From Camelus ferus (lineage: Eukaryota), in contig NC_045696.1 in assembly GCF_009834535.1 (NCBI RefSeq), positions 26,476,001 to 26,540,000 of the forward strand: 64,000 bases of DNA. Direction: 5' to 3'. Position numbers and translations under genes: made by a program. Each line of letters begins with the position of its first letter. The first letter of the stretch is position 1. A model generated the notes under the pieces. It was not told the origin of the DNA. It searched no databases and saw only the letters and a list, made by a program, of their open reading frames with translations. Shown here piece by piece: positions 51,360-63,930 of this stretch.

Positions 51360-51786
51360 CATAGTAAGAGACCAGGTGATTAATGCTAGTTGCTATAGCA
51401 AATACTCTGAACACCCTCGTCCCCCACAACACACACATTCACATCACATTCAGTTGCAACTGAGTGTTTCTCCTGGGCAAGGTTTTCCTCCAAGCTTGTG
51501 ACTAAGGGATTCTAGCTCTTTTCATCTTGTGACTCTGTCACATCTGGGTCTTTTGCATCCATCTTCAGGGCAAAGGTGCAGGAACACGCTGGTTGAATCT
51601 AAGAGATTTTATCTAGGAGAATCTTCGGGAGGCAGGAAGAAGCAAATATCACTTCCAGTCACATTTCATTGGCCAAAATGAATTACGTGAATCTCTAAGC
51701 TAACATCAAGAGATGTGAAATGCTCTTCTGGCATTCTCAATAAGAGAAAATAGGAAGACTGAATCTCTAGCCAGGATCTGCCACGA
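51360..51786 (-). mobile_element. MaLR solo LTR (MLT1J-like)
   Basis: 'aatgctagttgctatagcaaa', 'gtgactaaggga...ttcatcttgtgactctg', 'atcacttccagtcacatttcattggcca' and the end 'ctctagcc..atctgccac'. Confidence 0.75.
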
Positions 51787-52809
51787 TGCTCTTGACAACA
51801 GCCGTTTTCTGTCGCGTTACTAAGTTCACTAAGCTCATTCTAACCAACTAGGGGTAAGCAGAGAGCCTGCTGTGATCACTGCCCTCATCACACATCCTCA
51901 TTTTAGAGACCTAAAGACCTTATAGGGTTTCAGCAAGGTTTGAAGTTAAAATCCCAACTTCTGGGGGAAAACTGGTAAATATAGGTCCATTTCATTAAAT
52001 AAGGCAAAGACAAGTGAAGCAATGAGATCCAATGTCAAATGTATGTAATCAGAAAAAGATATTTTTCTTGACTATACATTTGGAACTACTGATATCTCTT
52101 GGAAACGAGAGCCTAAGCAATACAAAAAGAACAACTTTTCAGAAATTATTATCAAATTTTTTATTACAGTGATCTTGCCTGAATCAGATGAACTGTTTTG
52201 ATTTCCCCCTAGGGTGGTGACATTACTACTGTGATTCTCATTTATTTTGGCAAATATCTTATTTTGATTGAATCACTTTCTAGTTATCTTGATGTTTATT
52301 AAAATACTATACTCATTATTGGGTAGGAGATGTCTGGATGAGAAGGAACTACAGTAAAAAGAAGAGGTTTAGCTTGAATGAATCAACTTTGCATCTTATT
52401 ATAAGCAAGCAAAAGTGTATTTTTTTTAAAGAAGTAAGTAAGCAAGCCATGGATTTAAAAATAGTAAAAAATAGTTTTTTATCTGTTTTACTTCAATTGT
52501 TATATATATTATAGTTTGCATTATACTTTATGAGCATTTCGAAGTATAGTATATCTTGATCTACCATTTATGATAATAGAATATTTATAATAATGTAAAA
52601 TTTATACAAACTTTGCTTAAGATTATTTTATTTAGCTGTCTCCGTACATATCCACAACTTTTGATATACTTCCTTTAAATGCTCTAACGCTATAACAGGT
52701 GAAAGCCAGTATTTTATATCATCACTGTGGAAGGCCCCATGCTATGGGTTAGTAGTATCTGTGGACCGGTAATTAACATTACACAAAGCGTAGCAATCAT
52801 ATTAAGAAA

Positions 52810-53240
52810 TGTTTTGCTGGTATTTCAAATACAGCATTTCCAGAAGGGATCTAATTATTCTTCCTCAAGTTCTCGCTTTTGATACTGAAACACTATCATG
52901 TGTCTCAGACTCTGGCTCACAATATTGTTCTCCAGGAGTAGAATTAACGTTCTGCTCAGATTACTACCACGAGAGTCACGGACCAATTCTGCTCTTCTTT
53001 TCACTCTTTCCCTTCACACTTGCAATCGCGAAGTCGTATCAATTTACTAATTATATCTCCACAGTCACATCATGTTTTCTTCCTTTTCCTTCCCTGTTCA
53101 AGCTCATAATTTATATCTTGTCAGATCAACCATAATACATTTCTTCTTACTACCTCTAGTCCTACCCTTTTTACAGCCACACTGCAGACTGGTCAAAGTG
53201 AACATCTCAGTGCAGGTATATGATGGTATCCCCCCCACCT
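52810..53240 (+). mobile_element. L2 fragment
   Basis: 'atttcaaatacagcatttcca', 'aagtcgtatcaattt', 'ttcaagctc' and 'ccacactgcag'. Confidence 0.5.
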
Positions 53241-53766
53241 TGGAGAAAACCTGAGAGAGGGACCCACCGCATCAGTCAGGGTTTGTGACTGCAGGCTCAG
53301 AAAACAATTCCCATTTTCTAGCAATGAAAATGGAACATAATGACAGACTTAATGGGAGGCTAGTGAACCAAATTTGAAAAATGTGTGTGGGGAAAGGCCA
53401 GTTGGGAGGGCTTTCCTGGAAATACAATAACTGTAGTTTAGCAGGAAGTGTCTGGCCAGGACGCTGCTGCTTCTGCTGCAGACACTGTCATCAGGAGACA
53501 AGACAGGAGACTTTGGCTCCCACCGAGTGGGAAGAGGTTCTGCATCACATAGACACCACATGTGCTGGGGATGCCCTAAATCCGGGGGGAGGTTGGATGC
53601 TGGACAGCCACTCCACACAAGCCCCCCACCCTGCAAAACAAACAAACAAAAAACTACAAATGTCAATTAATTACGTAAATAAGGCCTAACCTTGCTAGCA
53701 TTGCACTTAAACCACCCAAGCTGACTTCACATTTAAAAAAGAATTGTTGGCTGAGATGTCCCCTTC

Positions 53767-54161
53767 TATAATGAACTGAACATTTGTGTCCCCTGCTCCA
53801 ATTCATAGGTTGATTCCCTAATTGCCAATGTGATGGTATTAAGAGATGGGGCCTTTGGAGATAATTAGGTTTAGATGAGGTCTTGAGGGTGGAGCATCCC
53901 TAATGGGATTAGTGTTCCCATTAAAAAAAAAGCAAGAAAGATCAAAACCCTCTGTCTATGCACACAAAAAAGAGGTCACGTGAGCACATGGCAAGGTGGT
54001 AGCCATCTGCAAGCCAGAAGGTGGATTTTAACCAGGAACTAAATCTGCCGGCACCTTGATCTTGGACCTCCTAACTTCTAGAACCGTGAGAAATAAATGT
54101 CTGTTATTCAAGCCACCCAGTCTATGGTATTTTGTTACAGCAGCCCAAGCTGACTAAGGTG
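53767..54161 (+). mobile_element. MLT1A0 solo LTR
   Basis: 'caatgtgatggtatt...ggggcctttgg..taattaggtttagatgaggtc', 'ccatctgcaagccag', 'gagaaataaatgtctgtt', 'gcagcccaagctgactaag'; 5-bp TSD ccttc/tcttc. Confidence 0.92.
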
Positions 54162-54269
54162 TCTTCTAAAATGTCAGCTGTGCATTACTCATCCTGGACA
54201 ATTAATTATTCTTTCAAACTGCTGTGCATCTTCCACGTTCAAGCTTGTGCACATGCTGTTCCCTCAACT

Positions 54270-54848
54270 CTGAATTTCTCAACTGTGACACTCTTGACAT
54301 TATGAGCTGGATAATTCTCATTGAGATGGGGGTGCTGTCCTTGCATTAAAAGAAGTTTAATACATCTGCAAAACAGAAACAGACTCGCAGACATAGTAAA
54401 CAATCTTATGGTTACTGGGGGAAGGAGGTGGTAAGGCATAAATTTGGGAGTCTGAGATTTGCAAATATTAGCTACTATATATAAAAATAGATTAAAAAAC
54501 AAATTTCTTCTGTATAGCACAGGGAACTATATGCAATATCTTCTAACAGCCTTTAATGAAAAAGAATATGAAAATGAATATATTATGCATTTGCATGACT
54601 GGGACTTCGTGCTGCACACCAGAAACTGACACACTGTAAATGTCTATACTTCAATTAAAAAATTATAAAAAAAAGAATGGAATAACATTTAATAAATTGG
54701 CTAAGTTTAAAAGAAAAGAAGAAGTTTAATAGCATCCCTGGCCTCTACCCACTAGACACCAGTAGCACGTCTCCAGTTTTAGAAATTAAAAATGTCTCCA
54801 GACATTGCCCAGTCTTTTCTGGGAGTAAATTTACCCCAGATGAAGAAG
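54270..54848. mobile_element. MER20 split by an L1 insertion
   Basis: The 5' half 'tttctcaac..tgacatt..gagctggataattct...ctgtcc.tgcatt' and the 3' half 'agcatccctggcctctacccactaga..ccagtagcac...aaaaatgtctccagacattgcc' are contiguous in the recalled MER20 consensus. Confidence 0.9.
54363..54718 (+). mobile_element. 5'-truncated L1 with a probable short 3' transduction
   Basis: L1 3' end at 54363-54674, then 34 nt of unique sequence with AATAAA, a second A-rich tail, and a 13-bp TSD aagaagtttaata (54350-54362 / 54719-54731). Confidence 0.9.
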
Positions 54849-54852
54849 AAAA

Positions 54853-55019
54853 CTAAGGAGAAATGATAAATGTAATTTTGGATCCTAGAAAAAGAAATTT
54901 GTAAGAAAGTTTGTGAAATTCAAATAAGGTATTTAGTTACTAGTATAGTATCAATTTCATTTCTTGGTTCTGACCATTATACTATGTTTATGTAAGATGT
55001 TGCTCTAAGAAATGTTGGG
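54853..55019 (+). mobile_element. Old L1MC-type 3' end, left part (resumes at 56451-56545)
   Basis: 'tggatcctagaa...gtgaaattcaaataagg...tatgtaagatgtt' continues after the insertion with 'gggtaaggg...ctttctgtacta'. Confidence 0.7.
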
Positions 55020-56450
55020 AGGGGGCCTCTGGTTTATGGTTCAGCCACTCCATCCTAACAACAAGTAAAAAGCTGAACAGACTGAAAAATCAGCTCTTCT
55101 TGATTAATATCAGAGGGGAAGATGCAGGCAAACCACTGCCCCCAAGATTGGAGAGACAGGCAGGCAATAGGGAGCCCCAACCTACCCCAGCAGAGACTCA
55201 TTCACAGGAGCTCAGTAGGAACCCATGCTGGGGCAGGAAAACCTGAACCCCAACTGACTAACTGCTGTCGGTTCACTGTGGATGAGTCGAAGAGTTAAAC
55301 ACTCTGGGAGATGGGGGCAGTCATCAGGTGTACCACTAAGAGTTTGACCAAGTTCCCACAGTAACTAGTGGAGAAAAATTCCCTCACATTTCCAGGAAGG
55401 AAAGAGGGAAAGGGACCATTTTGAAATATACCAGAGCATCTGTTCTTAACAAGGCCTGCCCTCAGGACAAGCCAGCTAACTAGAGTCTAACTGCTGGGGC
55501 ATTTACAGAGTCTAACTGACCTGGAGGAAGTGACATATGCAACTTCAGTTAGCTCTTCCAGGTGGGAGAAGAGAATGACCTACCTCCAGCCCACTCTAGA
55601 CATCCTGTTCCACCTGAGGAAAAACATGAGAAACACGTGGAAGTTCCCCTAACAGAGGCAGGCGTAGGCTCCCTGAAAGGCTGAAATCTAATCATAGGAC
55701 GGTAGAACACGTCCCCCACACACATACACACCTTACCACCACATTATTAAAGGCCTATTTACAGCGCTTCCTTTTACCAGTTACAGCACATCCAGCTGTC
55801 AAGAAAAAGTGACAAGGCATACTAAGAGGCAAAGAACACAATTTGAAGAGACAGAGAAAGCATCAAGAGCCAGACATGGCAGGGATACCTGACTTATCAG
55901 ACTGGGTGTTTAAAACAATTATGATTAACTTGCTAAAAGCTCTAATGGATAAAATAGACAGCATGCAAGAGCAGATAGGCAATGTAAGCAGAGACAGGCA
56001 ACCCTAAGAAAGAACCAAGAAGAAATGCTGGAATTAAAAATCACTGCAATAAAAATGAAGGATGCCTTTGATGAACCTATTGGTAGACTGGACGTGGCTC
56101 AGGAAAGAATCCTTGAGCTTGAGGATATATGACTAGAAATTTCAAAGACTGAAAAGTGAAAAGAACAAAGACTGAAAAAAAATATCCAAGGATTGTGGGA
56201 AAACTACATAAGGTGTAGCATGTGCATAATAAGAATGCCAGAAGGAGAAGAAAGAAAGGAACAGAAGAAATATTTGAAACAATAATGACTGAGAATTTCC
56301 CCAAATTGATGTCAGACACCAAACCAGAGTTCCAAGAAATTCAGAGAATAAGCAGAATAAATGCCAAAAAATACTACACCGAGGCATACTAGCTTCTAAC
56401 TACAGGAAACCGAAAGAAAGAGAAAAAGGAAGAAGTCAGAAGGAATAGGG
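55020..56450 (+). mobile_element. L1 5' UTR plus partial ORF1 (L1MD-like), lacking ORF2 and the 3' end, flanked by an 11-bp direct repeat
   Basis: The 5' UTR reads 'ccactccatcctaacaacaagtaaaaagctgaacagactgaaaaatca'. ORF1 remnants include 'tctaatggataaaatagacagcatgcaaga', 'aaatatttgaaacaataatgactgagaatttccccaaattgatg' and 'acaccgaggcat'. The direct repeat gaaatgttggg lies at 55009-55019 and 56451-56461. Confidence 0.88.
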
Positions 56451-58119
56451 GAAATGTTGGGTAAGGGATAGGCATAAAACTTTCTGTACTAGATTTACAA
56501 CATTTTAAAATTCTAAAAATAGTTTCAAATAGAAATTTAAAAAAATTCTCGTTGTTTTCACTAATTCCTCTAGTCTAGTGTTTGGCAAAGTTTTTCTTTG
56601 TTTGTTTGTTTGTTTTGTTTTTTTATTTTTATTGTCACTGTACCTCCCTTAACCACACAAGAGCCTCTGGAAACATTTTTTTCCTAATTGTCTTCTCCAT
56701 GAATTTTGAACACTGTATATGATAGACTGTATATGTTTATGCTCCGTATGTATATCTCTGCTTAATATATAAAAAAAGAGTGAGTTTTCTTGTTCTCCAC
56801 CCTCAAGAACCATTTTTTGTCCCATTTGAGGGATGCCTTCTCTAGTCAGAAGTGGTGAAACTTTCCTCTGACCTCTCATAACTCTTTGCATCTATCAGGC
56901 AATTATCAAGTATTGCTTTGCATTTTTGTAAAAAGCGTGTACATACGTGCATGAGTTGCTTTAAAGCAGAGATTAAATTCAGCCTGAGATGACTTGTGTA
57001 TTTAATACATGTGGTGGCATTAAAATAGGCAGAAAATGAAGGAAGTCAATTTAAGTACAGATAAAGTAAAAAATAAACAAAGCAAGTTTGTAAAGGCTGA
57101 TTATTATCATCTGACTAGAAGTTTATTTGGGGAAGTAATGAGAAACTAGGCAGAAATATTTGTTTGTGGGTTTGCAGTAAATTCACTTAACATTGTGATT
57201 TATTGAAAAGAACACAAAACTCATAAAATAAAAATTTTAAAAACATAGTTTATGGCTGTGCGACTATGGACAGAATTTTAACATTATCTGGATTAGAGAC
57301 ACTGTGTGCTTAACCCAGGTAGTAACAGTAGTTGGTCTCAGATGATGGAAAGCAACTGCAGTCACAGGCCTTTGTTTACTGCTTCCTTCTGCATAAAAGG
57401 CGCTCCAGGCCAAAGCTTTCCTAGGGAGTTTCAGATAATAGCTGGTCCTTTTTCCTTAATACTCAAAATTAACTCCAGTGTCATCTTAAACACTCTAAAC
57501 TTCAACAGTGAATATTTCTTCTCTCAACCAGCTGGGCCTAACTTGGGCTGAGAAACTTGCCATGGGAAAAGAGGCAGAAACTCTCCTTTAAATTTTTCGT
57601 GGGTGAATCAGAGACCAAACCCTTAGTCAAATCCAGGAAACATATACCATGCTTTCGGGCAGTGCCCAGGAAGCCTGCTCACTTAACTTGAGAGGAGGAG
57701 GGGCCCTTCTGTGGCTGCACTGTGGGAGGCGGGGAGCACATGGAACGCGCTCTCCAGATGAGGCCTCGGGACCCTTGGGTCAGTTCCCAGATCCTCTTGC
57801 CTCCCATGTGCGGAGGCCAGAAGTGGGTGATGGGTTAATGCTGGCAGAAACAAGCACTCTACAAGTCCTGCACAGATGATACAGGAATCAGTTTAAAACT
57901 GGATGAGTACTGGCAATATTATATTTTTTCTGGCCCTTAAGATGTTGGTTTAAAACTCTGCAATTATGGGAAACTTCATCTTATCTGGTTATATTTTAAA
58001 GCGTGACTATCATATCTGGCACATAATAGGTGCCCAGAAGATGTTAATCCCCTTAATTTCCCATTTCTCTTTTTTTAAAAAAAATTCATTTATGTATTTA
58101 TTTTACAATATCATATTTC

Positions 58120-58305
58120 TTAAATTGAAGTATAGTTGATGTATAATATTACATGTTACAGGTATACAATATAAAAATTCACAATTTTTAAAGATTATAT
58201 TCCATTTATAGTTATTATAAAATATTGGCTGTATTCCCTATGTTGTACAATACATCCGTGTAGCTCATTTTATACCTGATGGTTTATACCTCTTAATCCT
58301 CCTCT
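58120..58305 (-). mobile_element. 5'-truncated L1 3' end (older cetartiodactyl/laurasiatherian subfamily)
   Basis: 'aattgaagtatagttgat...aattcacaatttttaaag..tatattccatttatagttattataaaatattggct.tattccct.tgttgtacaata'. Confidence 0.88.
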
Positions 58306-59762
58306 TCTCTCTTTTTTTATTCTTCTCTGAACTAAATTCCTTCCCAGTCCACAATTTCAGTTCTATAAACGTCCTCTCATATAAATACATCATATTGCAG
58401 ACTTCTGTACATTTTTATCAATCCATCTGCTTCCCATATCATGGAAAAGAAAAGAGAATTGGGTTTATAAGTAAACATCGTTAAAAACTGCTAAAATATC
58501 TGGAAACTTAAAAAGTATATCCTGTGTGCATAGAAACAATTGAGAACAAACTAACATAACTATACTAAATATTACCAGAGATTTCATTTTGTCCCTCAGT
58601 TTCCCTAACCATTATGAGAGTTTAGAAGTAGATAATGTTATTAATTTATAACTGAGAATAAAAAGCTATCATGCTGGGAGGGAACATGCTCCATCTCTTC
58701 AGTTTCCACCCACTTAGGGGTGTTTTATGAGATGTCCTCCAACATATTAACAAGGAATATTTAAGTCTTCTTTCTTTGTTCAAATATCCACATGGATTTT
58801 AATAATTTTATGGATTTATGGATTCCCACAGATCTAATGATTTTAGTATCAAACCTTCTTAAATCTATTTTTAGGTCCATAGTCTACCATTTACAGGATA
58901 CCTTTACTATTATGTAAAGAAATACATCCGATTTTTGAATGAAGTCCATACCCTCTCTCTAGCAGCCTTAAGTCACCCCCTCAGCAAGAGTCGAGGTGGC
59001 CTGAAGGAATGTCAGACGCTGATAAGCTGGGGTGTCTGAGCAGTTGTCGGTCAGAGATCAGATAAGCAAAAGATATCAAAGCACATCCGTGCCAGTGAGC
59101 CAAGGGGTGAAGAATGTGTGAAGTCCAGCTTAATAATTGGAAACGACTGGCAGGCAGCAAAAATAATTGAAGCGAGCCCCTGTGGAAGAAAGGGTGGTTG
59201 GGGATGGGGAGGGAAGCAGAAACGACTTTTAGACTTTTGACGCGGAGCCAGGTCACTGTCTTGGCCTCCAGGTCTTTAGATTCCTCTCACTCAGTCGAGA
59301 TTCCATCCTGACTGAACCTGGCGTGGAAGTAAACTGCTGATAACTACAACCAGCTGCTTGGCTGTCAGAGAAACACGCACTTCATCTACATTTGCTTCGG
59401 GAGAGGACAGACGCCTCCCTCTGGCTTGGGCAGTTCCCTGACACTAATGTCAGCGGACACGCTCTTCGTGCCTCCTGTGATGTCACAGCTTTGATCACTG
59501 TGGCGTCATCTCTCACGTTTGTGGTCTGAACGAGCCTCTAGCCCTTCCACACGTGGTAGCCCTCAGATTTAAGTTTATCATTGTCCAGACTTTCTTCAGC
59601 TCCCTTATTTCTTGAGGTGGATAGAGGAGATTTTTCGGATGTGGATTGTCCATTGTTTTGAACAAGGACGAGACAATCATTTCAGTTTTATTCCTAAACA
59701 CTTTTCCCCACTTCCCAGCGTACTTTGGGCTCCAAAGGCTCTTTGAACAGCTGTGTTCGTGG

Positions 59763-59921
59763 ACAGTCCTGCACATCTTAGTACTATGCGCACAGGCACC
59801 ACCTGGGGCTTGTTAAAATACAGATGCTAATTAGGGAACTCTAAGTTGGGGTCTGAAATTCTGCATTTCTAGAAAGTTCCCAGATGATACTGCTAGTGTG
59901 CAGCCACACTGACTAGTGCAG
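59763..59921. mobile_element. MER5A-like hAT MITE
   Basis: 'cacctggggcttgttaaaatacagat...tctgcatttcta..aagttcccagatgatactg'. Confidence 0.8.
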
Positions 59922-61514
59922 GATTAGGGCAGTGATTATCAGGGGCTTTCTGTGTGGCAGAAGAAAGAGTTTTGAGGACAATGTGGATTATTCTCTCCAT
60001 TCCACTTCCCACCCCCCAAATCATGACTTCTATTTTTCCCAAATGGGCATATAATTATTGGTTTTCCTGTGAAAACAAATAATAGGATCTCACTGTTACT
60101 TATTATGTGAACGTTATTTATTATTTGAAGAAGTTTAAGGTTTGCCAAGTACATTTCAGTTTAGTTATATGCTTCTTGTGACATCACAGAACTTGTCACC
60201 AGGGTGGATGCCTACGCAGAATGGAGCGGACTGTCAAAGAAAAACTGGGCTGATCCCCGATAGGGAGTGACACAAGCTAAAAACACGGCTGTCGGACGCC
60301 ACAATTTATCCAAAATGACATGAATGGTGACAAAGGAATCTGACTATCTCTAGCTGTAGCTCCAGTGAAAGTTGGTATCAGGGGCCCAAAATCTGTGCTA
60401 TCCCATTATATGGATAAGGAATTTGATATATAATTAAAAATCCAGTGCCAGGGGTCAGGGTGACTGGAGTCTAAGACTCACTACTATATTAGAAATTCCA
60501 AACTAAGGACTTAGGTAAATAAACTCCCCTCTAAGGGCGAGGCGGGAGGGGCACAACCCATTTAAGCTAGCTCTAGTCAGGAGATAATACTCAGCCTCAA
60601 CTAAGTTCTTTTAATAACTGCTCACTTCCTTCCTTGTGTTAGTGTAAGAGAATGCAGGAAAAGTCAGGAATAGCACATCTTTAGAGATTATTTTTAAAAT
60701 AGGCCTGCTGTTCTAGCATAAATAGGGGGATGCCACTGTGTCCTCATTGGAATAAAATATTTATCAGGATAGTAGGATTTCTATCTTTTCATTAACAGTA
60801 ATTTTTTGCATCTCCCTTTGTGGCAAATATTGGCACTTGATGACTTTTTGAAAGTCATCTAAATAGTCATCACTTGTATTTCTTACCTGTATGAGTATTT
60901 ATCACCTATTTTAGGGAGAAAGAAACATTTCTTTCTCATTCCTGATATTTTCTTCCCTGTAGGAGGCGCTCCACTAGTTAACATGCTTGTCCCTCTCTAC
61001 CTCTTCACTCACCTGAGTGTCAGTATTGAAATAAACTGGGTCGGGAAACTTGGCCTCTTCTTTCCTTTGAGTTCTGCCTGCCTACGGAAGTCAGATACTC
61101 TTGGTTATGGGGTTAGTTTGAAAGCAAAGGCTCTGGCCCATGGAAAGGCTTGTAGTGGTCCTGGGTTGTGGGTAATTGGAAGTTTATGTCTTTCTGATTT
61201 TCTGGGACTAACAGTATGAAGTCCACTATTCCCATATGTCCAAGCCACATTCCCCAGTCCCAAGTTCAGTAGTGATAATGGTAATATTTTGTTCCACACC
61301 CCTATAATCTTTTGTCTTACTCTCAGTTGTTTCAGACTTTGGCAGAGAGGAGGGGAAATATTTACTTGGCATCCCTTTGAACCCCAACATTATTCATTAT
61401 CATCATTCCTTCAAAGAACTCCAGAAGGCTTGTTGTAACAGGAAGTGTGCTGTTTCCTCTTTATGATTAGTGTACATGGATTCTAATACTTATTAACAAC
61501 CATCTCAAAATCTA

Positions 61515-61743
61515 GATGTTGGGAGTTCGGCATGAGAAAATTTGAATTTGAGCTCCAACTTCCACTTCACTACAATTGAGTAAACTTTGGAACCTAATCT
61601 TTTTGAATCTCAGCTATCTAATATATCAAATGGAGATCAAAAACTCTGTTGTCTGTCTTAGAGTGTGGGTGTAAGGTTAATACTGATACATGTGAAAATG
61701 TATTGCCCAGTGTAAGGCACAGAACAAGTGTGTGTTGTTATTG
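61515..61743 (+). mobile_element. MIR
   Basis: 'tctcagctatctaatatatcaaatggagat...atacatgtgaaa...cccagtgtaaggcacag'. Confidence 0.6.
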
Positions 61744-62385
61744 TAAGAATTCTCTGTATGTGTATATGAGCAAACATATATTGAGAAAAATGACATTGCT
61801 TTTGATTGTATTCAAATTGCTTCTCTTTACAGAAAGCTGGAATTTAAACCATGTATTTTGTTCTATATACACTATTAACCTTTATTTATTGGGTCAGAGT
61901 CTCATTGCATACCATAATACCCACTTCTTTCTAGATTTATTTTTGCTATGTACATTAACACTGCATCATTTTAAAATCTAAGCACTGTGATTGGCTGAAA
62001 TTGTTTCCTTGTCACATAAAGATGTTTAAAAGTAAATTTTGTTTATAACACTTATGCAGTTTTCTTATTCCTTTTAGTTATATGAGGTGTCAAATAACAT
62101 TTGTTAGCCTTATTTCAGTACAGGCACCTTTAAAATGTCAACCAAACAGATGTTCTACCACAAACATGAATAAAAATGAGCACATAGTGAGACTAAATAT
62201 AGGATATTATACTATATTAATATTAATATTACTTAAGATTCAGTAGTGATGAAATTATATATAATTAATGAAGATGACAAAAAAAACCTCCCAAGTTTAT
62301 AATGTTGTGCTTTCAGTAATTTTTCAAGGTTAAGAAGTGATTTAATAATGTTTCAAAAGCAAGATTATAGGAATAAAGTTAGATA

Positions 62386-62503
62386 TGATTTCTAGTGTTA
62401 TCCTGGTTATTTCTGATTTCTGATTTCTGATACTGATTTTATTTCTGATTCTGACTTTTGAAAATATGATTTCTAATTCTGATTATTTCTGATTTTGATT
62501 TTA
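62386..62503. repeat. Degenerate (GATTTCT)n-like low-complexity tandem repeat
   Basis: Recurrent 'tttctga'/'gattt' units, read directly. Confidence 0.7.
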
Positions 62504-63814
62504 ATAGTGCTAAATTGCAATATGATCTGAAGTTCAATATCCAAGTGGATGTTAGACACTAGTAATATCAGCATGTTACCTCATAAAAAAGGTGTGAAGA
62601 AGAAAGACTCATGCTATCAAAGAAAAGGAAGTCTTAAACCTGCCATTTTTGGGGGGGTTTTGTACGTGATAACACCTAAATAATGTGAGTTTTTAAAAAC
62701 TTGTAACTAGTTAAAAAAAAAACCAAATATGTTCAATTCAAATACATATCACATAAAACTATTACTTTGTTCCTTTAAACATTTAACTCCTTCTGTGGCT
62801 GAATTAAAAACTTATAAAGTATGTTTGCATAGACAGTCTTTCATCCATATGAAGATATGCATATAACACTTTGGTCCTTTCTAAATTGATAGCATTAGTA
62901 ATAATATAATAATATAATATAGCTATGATATTTTTATTGTTCTACAGCTGTTTCTACTTTTTGCATTCCTGTTGTGAACCAGGAATTTTGGTAGGTACCT
63001 TATATGTCTTATCCTATTTAATATCCTTGTTTTTATTTGAAATCAAACTGATAACAAATCATTTTACCTTAAAATGCATTTTTCCTAATTCAAGATAGGA
63101 AATATTTAAGAGAATTTGAATCTTACATGTAAAAAAAAATTCAGAAGTACAAAATAAATGTCTTTAAGTTTATTAATAATATGCATTCTTGTGAATATTC
63201 ATATTGAGCTAAAAGTAGCTCTTGTGTGCATGGTAGGATTTTATTCTAAAGTTAAACAAAATGTATATACATGGAAAGAAAATCAATTTTGTTCTGGAGA
63301 ATGCTGCATAATATCAACAAAACTATTTAAAAATATTATATTGTAGGTATTTTGTATTTACATGAATAATTCTTTCCTGTTAGTGGTTATTCAAAGGAAC
63401 CTTTAGGTGATTCCTTTTAAATAAATAATAGCTCACTAAAATGTTTTGTAAATCTAAATTGTTGTGAACTAGGTTTCTTAAAATGAGAAATACCTAAAAT
63501 CTATCCTTAATTGTTCTCAGTTCATGCACAAAATAAAATTGTGCTTTTAAAGTATGAGCTGTTATAATTTGAAGCAAATTTGAATGATGCAAAAAATAAG
63601 TTATCTTTATAATTTATAACCCCAAATGTTTAAAAAATAAATCCCTAAGTAAAATACATCTTTTTTTTTCCCTTCCTTGATCAATGGGGTTTTAAAGAAA
63701 TATTAAAATAGTAATACAGTAATGAAGTAAAGTGAAAATAATAAAAGGTTAACATTGCTCTTATTTTAGAATTTACAAAAAACGTCATTTTATTGCCATA
63801 GTTGTCTCGGAAAC

Positions 63815-63930
63815 TTGGTATTGTTACTTCCCTTCCTTTATACACTACCAATCTGAGACTCAGAGAAGTTCAGTAACTTGTCAAAGGCTACTGACCTAAG
63901 AGAATATAGTAAGGTTAGAGTTTAAAATAA
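63815..63930 (-). mobile_element. MIR fragment
   Basis: 'ctgagactcagagaagttcagtaacttgtcaaagg'. Confidence 0.7.

Noticed and set aside
53268..53650. Possible old LTR on the minus strand
   Set aside because: Only the terminus ('atcagtcagggttt..gactgca') is suggestive, and the family and boundaries cannot be supported.
60887..60905. 19-nt minus-strand micro-exon (…ctccctaaaatag|…cag|gtaaga)
   Set aside because: It is not frame-preserving, the acceptor is purine-interrupted, and no partner exons were identified.
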